Shown piece by piece: positions 16,623 to 28,899 of a stretch of 64,000 nucleotides of DNA. Numbering within the stretch: position 1 is the stretch's first letter; every line of letters begins with the position of its first letter. This DNA comes from Octopus vulgaris (lineage: Eukaryota), in NCBI GenBank assembly GCA_951406725.2, contig OX597834.1:24614001-24678000 (forward strand). Direction: 5' to 3'. The position numbers were made by a program, and so were the translations under genes. The notes under the pieces were generated by a model. That model did no database searches. It worked only from the letters and a program-made list of their open reading frames with translations, and was not told where the DNA came from.

Positions 16623-17759
16623 GCTTTAATGATGGTTATTACAGTAATTTTAGTTGATTTCACGAAAGTTTACAATAGTGGTGGTGGTGGCGAGGGCGAG
16701 GTGTGATCGTTTCGCCATTTTCGATTGAAGTGTTGTAGTGGTCGGTGGTGGTGATGATGGTAGTAACAGTGATGATGATGATGATGATGATGACGATGAT
16801 AATGATAACAGTGTTGTTATTGGTAATGATGATGAGGATGGTAGTGTTATTTGCAGTGACAGCCACCATTGTAATGACAATGATGATGATTGTGGTGGTG
16901 GTAGTGGTGGTGGTGGTGATGATGATGATGATGATGAGGATGGCGAAGATGATGACGTTTTGCTTTTAATTGTTTTTGCTGGTGATTGTTGTAATGATGG
17001 TGGTTGTAGTGGTTATAATGGTGACGAGGAGGGGACGATGATTATGGCGTTAGTTTTGTTATTGTTGATGGTGGTGGTGGTGGTGGTGGTGGTGGTTGTA
17101 GTGATGGTGGTGATACACTATGATGACGGCAATGATGATGACAACGACGACAGAGAGAGGATTTTCAACATTGTTTTGGCATCAATTTCGCTAATGACAT
17201 TGTTTTAGTCATAAACCGGAACTCGCTGTGATTTGTCACTCTTCAAAAAAAAAAACAAAAATAAAATGGAGGTAAGAAGCTAACAAAACAATGCCTTCTC
17301 AAATATTTCACTCTTCTAAAAACTGAAGCAAAGACATTGCTTTTCGTTTTTGTTTGTGAGACAGTTTTGTTTGTGAGAGGGTACCACCCAAGTTTTGTAG
17401 CATCTCCATTAAGAGTAACGAGAAAACGTGGATTGTGAGAAAATCAATGATGAATTAGGGAAAAAATAACGGACAAAATGAGGTGCTGCGGTTTGCGATC
17501 TGGGATGGTAAACGGAGAAGAGTGAACTATAGATATGACAGACTTACCTAAGAGAGAAACGTCGAAGCCGATGGTTACAGCTGACCATGATTGCTAAGTC
17601 GGCTATATGGATGACAGAACGAATAAAAAAGATCGTGCTACGACGTAGGCCAAAATAGAACTTGGACATTCCAGGATGATAGCGTCAAATATTGATCGAC
17701 AGAAATGATGACGGAATGTCATGCAGTGCAAAACGAAAGTAAAATTATACGTGTGTGTA

Positions 17760-17793
<34 letters not shown>

Positions 17794-17965
17794 CAAATTG
17801 AGATAGGGGTATGTAATCAATACTTATATTTATATTTACTTATATTTATATTCTCTTTTATATATATTCTACTTATTATACAACATTACTTTTTTATGTA
17901 CACTTTTTTATGTACATTCCTTTATGTACACTGATTTGTTCTGCTTTTTATATCTAACCCTACAG

Positions 17966-18414
<449 letters not shown>

Positions 18415-18766
18415 ATAAAATTATGGACATAGGCATACGTTTGTACATATCTGATAAATAATCAGAGCTAAGGTTTCAATTCAGTAAACTGCTCTGACAA
18501 TTGGAACTGAACTCCACACGTGCTGCATTAAACCTGTTATCACTTAGAGAAAGAGAGAGAGAGAGAGAAGGGCAGAGTGAGAGAGTGAGAGAGTAGAAGA
18601 GAGAGAGGGTGTATGTGTGTGTATGTGTGCGTATGATATTGTTGATATTTTGAGGTGAAACTTGTTATTTTTTAGTGTTCAAATAGGCGTGGGATGAAAT
18701 GGTAGTTGTTTTGGGAGATTTCCTCGTGGGTGGTTGTTGATGGGGAATAGAAGTGTATATACATAC

Positions 18767-18827
<61 letters not shown>

Positions 18828-19283
18828 TATGAGTGTATGTGTATATATACATATGTGTGTATGTATATATATATATATATATATATATGTAATTATATAT
18901 GTATGTATATATATGTGTCTGTGCATGGATATGCGTGTGTGTGTGAGTGTGTGTGTGTGTGTGTATGTGTGTGTGTGTGTGTGTGTGTTTGTGTGTGTAA
19001 AATTTCTGTGGATCTTTTGCATGGAGTGGATGTTGATGGTGGAGACGGCAATGAAGGGAGTCGTAGACAGATGTTGGTGTCTTTGGCAGTGATTGAGCGA
19101 GTGTCTGGTGTGTATGATTATAATGCGTGGAGTTCTTGTATGCATTTATATCCAGGCATATATGCATGCACACATATACACACACTTATATCTATACATA
19201 TGTACATGTATATACATATATATATATATATATATGTGTGTGTGTTTGTGTTGTTGTGTGTGTATGTTTATATACATAGGTGT

Positions 19284-19331
<48 letters not shown>

Positions 19332-19592
19332 AAAGAGGGAGAGAGGAAGTGAGAGAGGGTCAGCGAGAGAGCGAAAGGCAAGAGTAAAAAGGGCGGAGAG
19401 AAATAGATTACTGTCTGTCTGTGTATGTCCCTGTGTTGTATACAGGCATATATTTATGTGTGTGTGTATGTGTGTGTGTATGCGTGTGTGTTTGTGTGTA
19501 TGTGTATGCAGGAATTTATGAACACGTGTGTATTATGAATTAAGTAACTCTGTCAACAGCTGGTTGTAATATATCGTCTACTACTACTACTG

Positions 19593-19634
<42 letters not shown>

Positions 19635-19635
19635 T

Positions 19636-19674
<39 letters not shown>

Positions 19675-19845
19675 CGTTATTTCAATTCCAACAATGATGT
19701 CGATCTTCAGATATAAAGAAGACTACACTGTCAGACTTATGAGAAGCTGAGACACTCATACCTCTCTACTGGTATTTGACAGCTTAACTATGCCGTCAAT
19801 ATCGAAAGCCGTTCGCAGACATCACTACCCTAACACGTTTACTGT

Positions 19846-19938
<93 letters not shown>

Positions 19939-19940
19939 GA

Positions 19941-20220
19941 ACCGAAAATTATGAGAATGATCCCTGTTATCCCTGCAAGAAGTGCAAAAGATTGTCTTAA
20001 CTGGTACATCACACGTATTGAGAAGAGCATTGTCGATGTGAGAACTGTTGCTGCTCATGTATTTTAATTTAACTTTAAAAAAAAAATAATGAACGAACGA
20101 ACTACTGAGTTTGGTTTAATGGCCTACCAATGTATGCTATGAGTAATAAGAATAATAAATGGAAGCAAATTTGAAAGAAGAATAAAAAAGTAATAATAAT
20201 AATAATAATAAAAGTTGAAG
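19941..20220 (+). mobile_element. Short 3' end of an R4/Dong-like LINE
   Basis: QEVQKIVLTGTSHVLRRALSM* and 3' UTR homologous to 30960-31250; flanked by (TAA)n/(GAA)n. Confidence 0.75.
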
Positions 20221-20364
20221 TGAAGTGAAGTCCAAGTATATACTTATTTTAATTGACAAAAAAAAAATAACCGTCCCCAAATATAACTATAATTTTTGTA
20301 TATTTGGTTTGCAGGATTCTTGATAATGACATTCAAATGATACAACAAAATATCTGAAACTACA

Positions 20365-20454
20365 TTCCTGAAGACGGCTGATGAAGTTTCCCAACAAAAT
20401 TAGTGTGCTGTTTTTTTGCAGAAGATTAGTTTCAAAGCCAAAACAACTGAAGAA
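20365..20454 (+). ncRNA. Degenerate hammerhead-like motif (Penelope LTR-type)
   Basis: TTC-CTGAAGA-CGGCT...AGCC-AAAAC AACTG AA-GAA. Stem I and the base of stem II pair, but GAAA and UH are mutated. Confidence 0.35.
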
Positions 20455-21156
20455 AAGACCGCTTGGGAGCTAAGCATGGTAACTGAGACCAGTTCAAAGT
20501 GGTTGTGGTTAAAAAGAGAACACAGATGGAACTCTTCGACGATACAGACACCGATATAGCAATCGGTTAGCTGTGGGTGAAGCGAATCAAATTTTGAGCT
20601 TGAAGGTAACCATCAAATTGGTAGAATTAAGACCCATCTTTGAACCTATGGATACTCCACTATATTGTAGTGAAATTCCTCAGCGAATCAAACCAACTGA
20701 TGAATTTATCTGTCGGTCCAACCATCCATCGATCAATCTATGAATAAAATTCTGCAGCTTCAAGACCTCATCCTACCACCATTGTTTACTGCAGTACAGG
20801 TATTCACAGGTTTCACGAGTTTCTTCCATCTAAACTCTCGTATACACTTGCGCATGTGCACAAAAACACTCAACAAACACTCAAGTTAACAGAAGGAACA
20901 GACTCTACGTGGTTATTCATTTTGCTCGAGATAACAGCCAAATTTTTCTTAAACTGCACAGTACCACCTTAAACAAAAACGCATTAAATATTGTAATCCG
21001 GGGTTATTTAAACTTGCAGTGATCAAACGAGATGTTCATAGCTAGAATGTCTTTGATCACACACAAACGCACAGACAAACACACATACTCACTCACACAC
21101 ACACACGCACGCACACGCAAACGCACAGACACACACAGACACACAGACACACACAG

Positions 21157-21188
<32 letters not shown>

Positions 21189-21624
21189 GCACACACACAG
21201 TTAAATGAAATTCAGGTAAAAACCTTGTAGAGTGCTGTGCTCGTCCACAATTATTGACTACTTGATGTCATGATACAGTAGAGATGCATATGCAAATAGA
21301 CATACTTCAGGAATTCCAAAGTATATATAAATAGATCAAACAGAAAATGTAATTAACGAGATCCGTTATTCAAAACTACAAGAATTGATTAAACAGTCAC
21401 CTGAAATTAAACATTCTGCACTTATGATGTAAGATAATTGACGGCACAATATCTCACCTATGTACTACTGATGCGAGAATACGACGAGACAATTGGAGTG
21501 ATTTTGAATAAAAGGTCTCGTTAATTCAATTTTCTGTCTATACATATACACCTATAATACACACTCACACACACACAGACACACACACGCACATGCACAA
21601 CTTCAAGTTGCATAAACCTATAAT

Positions 21625-22580
21625 ATCCCACCGACCTTAGATCTAGACCAATCGTAGCAGGCCCGAACTGTGAAACACGCAAACTCAGCAACTTTATAGA
21701 TATATTACTGAAACCTATTTCAAAGTAAATATTAAATCTTGTGAAGGACGATCTGGACTTGTTGAACCACTATTGTATCTTTTCAAACCTCATCAGCCGA
21801 CTTCAGGTATGTAGTTTCAGATATTTTGTTGTATCATTTGAATGTCATTATCAAGAATCCTGCAAACCAAATCCCTCACCAATATGGACTAATGACAATA
21901 AATTTCTGGTTTGAGGAATTCCTGCATGAAATTCCAGACAGAAAAAAGAGTTTCATCACTGAAGGATTAAACTTTATCCTCGAAAACAATTTTTTGACTT
22001 CGGTGGTAATATTTACAAAAATCTAGCACTGCAATGAAACAAAAGTTGCTCCGACTTACGCCAATGTAGTCATGGTATACATGGAGGTCCAGATACATGA
22101 ACAATCTAAATTAATATATGGCTCGAAATTCCCCAAATATCTACTAGAAAACTGGAAACTGGAACATTACTTAGATGACTGTTTAATCCTATGGAGGCAC
22201 GCATTTGAACAACTTATAAATTAAAAAAAAGTCTAATCAACAGCATAAACAATAATATTAACTTCACAGTAAAACTCTACCATTCCTGGATATACTAATC
22301 ATCAAAAGAGATAAAAACATTGAAACCGATATTCACTACAAACAAACAAACAGATTCTCAACAATACTTGCTGTTCGCCTCATGCCGTCCCAAACACACA
22401 AAGAATGATATATCCTTTATCTAGCAAGAAGAATCTGCACAACAGTCTCAAACCCTGAAACTCGCAATAAAAGACTCCAGGAACTAAAACAAGTACTACT
22501 TAAAAGACAATATCTATTAATACTAATAGACAAAGGAATAGAACGTGCCAAAGCAATAAGTATCGAAGAACTGCGAAAAC
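21625..22580 (+). mobile_element. Penelope-like element reverse transcriptase fragment (pseudogene)
   Basis: RPIVAGPNCETRKLSNFIDILLKP, KVAPTYANVVM, HYLDDCLILW, LPFLDILIIKRDKNIETDIHYK, LARRICT..ETRNKRLQELKQVLLKRQY. These are Penelope RT and thumb motifs, broken by frameshifts. Confidence 0.92.
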
Positions 22581-22866
22581 CAACCTTGTTGATTCATTAT
22601 TTTTCTTTTGCTTGCCTACAATATAGTGTCTAATTCCCGGAGATTTGAAGGTGATAATAGGGGCTTTAGCGTCTATTATTTGCAGTGCGTGGTGAGGCGT
22701 AAAGCCGGTTCCTTGTAATAATTATGTATATAATTATAAAATATTTTGTAAAATTAACCTATGAGGTTTTTATTTCTGCAATGACTACCCGGTAAAATTA
22801 TTTGTGATTTTATCCTTTTATTATAATTAATATTTGAATACAGACATACATATATTAATATATATA

Positions 22867-22902
<36 letters not shown>

Positions 22903-22952
22903 TGTATGTATGTATGTATGTATGTATGTATGTATGTATGTATGTATGTATG

Positions 22953-22996
<44 letters not shown>

Positions 22997-23084
22997 CATG
23001 TATGTATTTATGAATATATTTGTATATATCCATATATAAATTATTTTGCGATTGGGGTAAGTTTTCATCACTATCTGGCGATTA

Positions 23085-23131
23085 ACACACGCTGAGGACG
23101 GGTAACCACCCAGAAACTCGAGTCCGTGTGT
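23085..23131 (+). ncRNA. Type I hammerhead ribozyme, near-canonical, with palindromic stem III
   Basis: ACACACG-CTGAGGA-c GGGT aacc ACCC a-GAAA-CTCGAG-TC-CGTGTGT. Perfect 7-bp stem I, CUGANGA and GAAA cores, 4-bp stem II (C.A mismatch at its base), self-complementary ACUCGAGU stem III, predicted cleavage after GUC at 23124. Confidence 0.85.
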
Positions 23132-23255
23132 ATCACGTAAGGATAGGGATGGGAGCGATGACCTCCCCACGCAAATTCTAATTGGACACAGGATGTGTCT
23201 CGTTAGCCAGCTGGAAGAGATATCTTCCTGGGGCTATAAACGTCAGTATATATGT
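23085..23255 (+). mobile_element. HHR-headed short interspersed element
   Basis: Sequence after the ribozyme (...AGCCAGCTGGAAGAGATATCTTCCTGGGGCTATAAACGTCAGTA) is homologous to the reverse copy at ~39730-39885. Confidence 0.65.
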
Positions 23256-23349
23256 TACAATTCCGTATTGCTACTGTTTACATCTCGCCCAGAGATTTGA
23301 TATAACCTATATATTTATATGTGTGTGAGTATGTGTGTGTGCGCGCGTG

Positions 23350-24345
23350 TATAGGGCGGTGCAGAGAGGACGACTGTTTTTGAAAAATTCACAAAATCAT
23401 TAATTTTAGCTGCAAGCAAATTTTGTTGACAGTGTGTTCGTATTTATTTAGCATTTGTCAAAATGAAGTGTGGAAAACAACATCCATCATTTGGTGCCCG
23501 TTTTCATTGATGCATTTCTGAAGGCGTTCATGATAGCTGGCGCCCACTCTCTCCAGCATTGCTCTGTCGATTTGGGCGATTTCCACGCGAATAACTTCCT
23601 TCAAATCGTCCAATGTATAGGGCTTATGCGCATACGCACGTGCCATGAAGTTTCCCTACAAGAAATAATAACACATGGATAAGGCGGCGAGCTGGCAGAA
23701 TCGTTAGCACGCCGGGCGAAATGCGTAGCCGTATTTCGTCTGCCGTTACGTTCTGAGTTCAAATTCCGCCCAGGTCCACTTTGCCTTTCATCCTTTCGGG
23801 GTCGATGAGTTAAGTACCAGTTGCGCACTGGGGTCTATGTAATCGACTTAATCCGTTTGTCTGTCCTTTTTTGTCTCCTCTATGTTTAGCCCCTTGTGGG
23901 TAATAAAGAAACGGAAATAATAACACATGGACAAATCAGGGGACCGAAAGGGCCAAAGAATATCAGAAAACTTGGAAATGAGGCGGTCACCGAAGAGAGG
24001 GCGAAGAACGTCTATTGATGCTCTGCATGTGTGGGCTGTCGCCTCATCTGCTAAAACCATACATGTCGAATAGGCTCACCTTTCCGTCGTAATTCGGGCA
24101 TAAAGAAGTTTATCATCTCGATGTAACGCTCGGAGTTCACAGTAACAACATTTCCAATATAGCCTTCAAAAAAGTAAGGAATAATTATGGCAGCTTTTCC
24201 AACAGCACACCAGACCGTTACTTTTGTGCTGTGCGGTGGTCTTTCGTGCAGTTCTCACGGATTTTCAAGAGCCCATTAACGACAGTTCTGTTGATTTACC
24301 ATGCCATTGAGATGAAAGTGAGCCTCATCACACATTAAGCAATGA
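23350..24345 (-). mobile_element. Tc1/mariner DD41D (rosa-like) transposon remnant interrupted by a SINE
   Basis: DEAHFHLNGMVNQQNCR-like start, HSTKVTVWCA, D(EATAH)..WPFRSPDLSMC(Y)YF with 41-residue spacing (last Asp mutated), C-terminal RLQKCINENGHQM. Confidence 0.88.
23680..23913 (+). mobile_element. SINE family A, full length, with 18-bp target-site duplication
   Basis: GAAATAATAACACATGGA at 23662-23679 and 23914-23931 flanks GGCGGCGAGCTGGCAGAATCGTTAGC...TAATAAAGAAAC. Confidence 0.95.
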
Positions 24346-24554
24346 TTAGTAACTTACGAAACCGGTATGCTTGAATCTCTTAAATAATTTCACAATAATG
24401 ACTTTTATTACTTTTATTCCTACCTCAGTTCATCTAATTGTATATATCTTTCGTTACTTTTCATAAAAAGTCTTTACGTCTTTTTATTTACAATGTGCAT
24501 TTTCGTCTATTTTTCTTACTTTCCACGTGTAGTTTCTATTTTCTTTTTGTAACA

Positions 24555-24624
<70 letters not shown>

Positions 24625-25030
24625 GTTTTATCTTCTACTTATTTCAGTCATCAGACTGTGGCCATGGTGAGGCACTGCCTTCGAGCATTTTCAGTCGAAT
24701 GAATCGACCCCAGTATTTATTTTTCTCTAATTGCTACGTATTCTATCGGTTTCTTTTGCTGAACCACTAAATTACGAGTACATAAGCACACACCAGTACC
24801 CGTTTACACGCACACACGCACACACGCACACACACACGCACATGCACATACTTACACACACACACACACATATGCAAGGGGCTTCTTCCAATTTCCGTCT
24901 ACCAAATCCACTTCTCAAAGCTTTGGTCGGGCCGAAGCTATAGAAGAAGACATTTTGACAAGGTGTCACGCGGTGGGACTGAACCTGGGTCTGTGTAGTT
25001 CGGAAGCAATTTCTTACTACACACCCACAT
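24625..25030 (-). mobile_element. SINE family B, diverged
   Basis: Homology to 10075-10497. Confidence 0.82.
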
Positions 25031-25037
25031 GTATGTT

Positions 25038-25087
<50 letters not shown>

Positions 25088-25089
<2 letters not shown>

Positions 25090-25415
25090 GATTCCCAGAC
25101 CGGGCGTTGTGAATGTTTATTGAGCGAAAACACCTAAAGCTCCACGAGGCTCCGGCAGGGGATGGTGGTGATCCCTGCTGTACTCTTTCACCACAACTTT
25201 CTCTCACTCTTACTTCCTGTTTCTGTTGTACCTGTATTTCAAAGGGTCGGCCTTGTCACTCTCTGTGTCACGCTGAATATCCCCGAGAACTACGTTAAGG
25301 GTACACGTGTCTGTGGAGTGCTCAGCCACTTGCACGTTAATTTCACGAGCAGGCTGTTCCGTTGATTCTGATCAACCGGAACCTCGTCGTCGTAACCGAC
25401 GGAGTGCTTCCATCC
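25088..25415 (+). mobile_element. SINE family C, 5'-truncated
   Basis: Near-identical to 34609-34920; flanked by a repeated ATATATATGTCG (probable TSD). Confidence 0.9.
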
Positions 25416-25960
25416 ATATATATGTCGGTCACTAGCGATCTAGACTATATTGACTACCTTCATAGCTATAGTTAACCGTCACACTGCCAGTAACCTTGTA
25501 CACATCTATCATATTAAAATTACATTTCCTCTATTGTCGCTGCGTTTCATTCTTTTGTTTTCGTTGTCCAAATTCCTATTCATGATTTCGTTACAGCGGA
25601 AATAAGACAGACCAATTGTTGGTACAACAATCTGCTGACTAGTTTTTTTCAGATGACATGTTAGTAAGATGCACTACCCAATGCATTAGCTTTGTTTTCT
25701 TTTATTGGACGGCGATTTATAAACGGTTCATCAAATTTTAAAAATAGAAAATCTTATCCAAAAAGCAGCTATTTTTTCACGGTCTTTATTAGCCATGTTT
25801 TACTTTTTTTTTGCCAATCAAACGTACGTCTTTACCGACATTTACTTGGTCGAGTGCATCATTATATATATATATATTTAATCAATATAGGGTAGCAAAA
25901 AATTCAATAGAAATTTATCGCCACCAGCGGTCTAGTGAGAAAAAGAAAATAGTCATAGAC

Positions 25961-26100
25961 TATATATATAAATTCAACAACAATTTTCCTTTAATTTCTG
26001 AATTACTACTACTTGGCGGTTTGAGTCCTGGCTGCTCTTTCTAGTGGGTCGAATGGCCTATTAAGGCCATTCCTCAATTGTTGTTGAAATTATATATATA
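25961..26100. repeat. 140-bp segment with ~23-bp inverted termini and internal hairpin
   Basis: TATATATAAATTCAACAACAATT ... AATTGTTGTTGAAATTATATATA; internal GAATGGCC tattaa GGCCATTC. Confidence 0.6.
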
Positions 26101-26478
26101 TATATGTATATGTAATATATGCGGTGCCCCAGCATGGCCACGACCTTAGGGCTGATAGATATAAAAGAATATCTTGAAAGTTGTGGTTTCTTTGGTTTGT
26201 TTGTTCCCAAACAACACTTACTTTAGTCCTGTTGACACCGCCGGATTGAATGGTACTGCCCAGGCGTCGAAACCATAATTATATCCTTGGGGCAGCTGAT
26301 GATGGAGGTATGTTCCATTGTTGGTATTGCTGTTTTTGCATGTGGAATAGTATTATAATATATCCTTTTGATATACATATACATACATACATGCACGCGC
26401 GCGCGCGCACACACACACACACATACATATATATATACATACATACATACATATATATATACATACATACATACATAC

Positions 26479-26543
<65 letters not shown>

Positions 26544-26675
26544 ATACATGCTCATACAAGGCCCACATTAGACTTCTCACTAGTATTATTATCGAACCGA
26601 GAGTTTAACTACAGTCCTTCCATAGCAATTACATAGCCTTACCTGCCACCTTGAGCCTTCTGGATACCAATGCCT

Positions 26676-26740
<65 letters not shown>

Positions 26741-26864
26741 ATGTATATATGTAGGAGTATTGCCCCACGATCTTTGGGAAATTGATATTATCAATGTAAT
26801 GTGTGAGAAAGCATGTACCTATGTATATAAGTGCGTGTTTGTAAGTCCTTGTGATTCTGTACGC

Positions 26865-26909
<45 letters not shown>

Positions 26910-27469
26910 TGTGTGTGTGAATATTTGGTATGAAACATACCAACCAGCCAGCCAGCCAGCCAACCATCCAGCTGCCGTGTCTTTTATATAGTACATGCCT
27001 TTTGTAGTTTACTTTAACAGTAAAATCTATATTTCACAAACATATTTCACATTCCAGCAACTCTTAAACGCTTACCTTCCCCGATCACCACGCTCTCTTC
27101 TCCCTACTTCAACAAACGTAAGCTAGGAACAGAGTTTCTTGACGGTCACCACACAACCTGCAAAAAATGGCAGCTAAATCGTACTTTGCTACTTCAGAAA
27201 GAGAGAAAGAACTTCTTGGATAAAATAGTCCTGTATTGATACTGTGTCATAAAGATGGAATGGTTACAGTTGGAAGGTTCTTGATAGAAAACATAGATCA
27301 TAAAAGTAAGTAGACATTTTAAAGGAAACCTTACACGCAGCTAAATACACATCAACAGATCTATATACAAGCATTAAGATGGGACGGTTACGCTTGGAAT
27401 GTTTTTAATCGTACGTCTTCTCGACTAAGGGCTGACTTGGCTCTAAATAACAAAAATGGTAATAATTCC

Positions 27470-27683
27470 TTCTACAAAAGGCACAAGCCATGAGATTTGG
27501 GTGGAGGGGATAAGTGGATTAAATCGATCCCAGTACTCAAATGGTACTTAATTTATCGACCCCTAAAGGATAGAAGGCAAAGTCGACCTCGGCGGAATTT
27601 GAACTCAGAACGTAAAGACGGACGAAATGCCGCGAAGCATTTTGCCCGGCCTGCTAACGGTTCTAACAGCTCATCGCCTTTAT
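27470..27683 (-). mobile_element. SINE family A
   Basis: GAAGGCAAAGTCGACCTCGGCGGAATTTGAACTCAGAACG (reverse of the family A core); a second degraded copy lies at ~27790-27950. Confidence 0.88.
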
Positions 27684-28899
27684 AAATGTTGCCAGCAATC
27701 GGCTATAGGAGTCGAACACGTGCCTGTCAGATACCGGATCAGTATTCTACCATTAAGCTGACATCAACAACAGTAATAATAACAATTGGAGCAAGGTTAG
27801 CAGTTCTGAAGGAGTTGGTCCCGGTACTTGACTGGTACTCTATTTTATTGTCCCTTAAAGGATGAAAGGTGGAGTTGACTTCGGCGTGACTCAGAATGTA
27901 AAGGACTGGAAGAAGTGTTGCAAAACATTTATTGCGACTATCTGGATTAAGGAGAAACCCCCACCCCACCCCCGTAATGACGTCTAACAGGGAACACTCC
28001 GGGGGATGTCACACATGAGTGAACGCTGATTGAAGACTTCGAAAAAATACTCCATTAATAACGATTAAAGAATCATAAATCAAGCCGGATATAAAATAAA
28101 TATAATGTTGAAGAATAATTGTAAGTTATACCGTGTGAAATTATATTAAGTATAATTGATGTATAACAAATGTTCATAGTAAACGGAGTTCTTATATTGA
28201 GTGTAAGCAAACTATCAGAGCACCGTTCAGACCGGCCAGTCCCACCACCACCACCACCACGAACACGGCAAATAAAAGTCACAAATGATACAAATAAAAA
28301 ACGTATCAGGCTCCACGTTAGGAGCATGTGTAACTTGTATGTATTGCATAGCAAATACGAAAAACCGCGTGTGCTACACTTAGCACGAGTCGAAGCAATT
28401 AAACCGGAACCTGACGAAAATGACGACAATCTAAATAGGAGCTGGGCTTTGATCGTCTAAATTCAGGTCCGGATTTTGCTTCTCAAGTCTCGCAAATAAA
28501 AACAAGAAAATAGCATAAACGGTTTCGAGGGAAATGTGTTTCCAATTTATATGACTATTGTAGCATTCTCTTTAAAAACCGAAATTACGACAACGAAATC
28601 ATGTGAAATATGATGGAGAAAATAACCCGAATCAAAACGTGTCGCTGGACTCCAGTAGGCTCAAATTTATCTGAAATCCCATTGTTTGCCTGAAATCTCA
28701 AACTTAACTCATGTAAAATACCGCAATGAAAAGAAAGAATACAAGAGGAAAACATGAATAATGAACCAACAACATTGAAAGTATTGAGAACCTAAACCAC
28801 AAAGATAAAACTGACCCGTTTGCTGTAAATTCAAATACTACAACGACTAGCGAATGATGACCAACAAAAACCGAACAGAACAACACTAAATAATATAAA

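Noticed and set aside
17400-17750. Possible degraded L1/Tx1 C-terminal fragment (LQLTMIAKSAIWMT)
   Set aside because: Too short and decayed to call without a search.
21465-21500. CTGATGCGAGAATACGACGAGACAATTGGAGTG, hammerhead-like
   Set aside because: Three core mismatches and no stem II; may be a fossil but cannot be supported.
28170-28520. Relatively CpG-rich stretch with a CCGGAA motif, promoter-like
   Set aside because: No independent evidence; could be the 5' part of the adjacent LINE.
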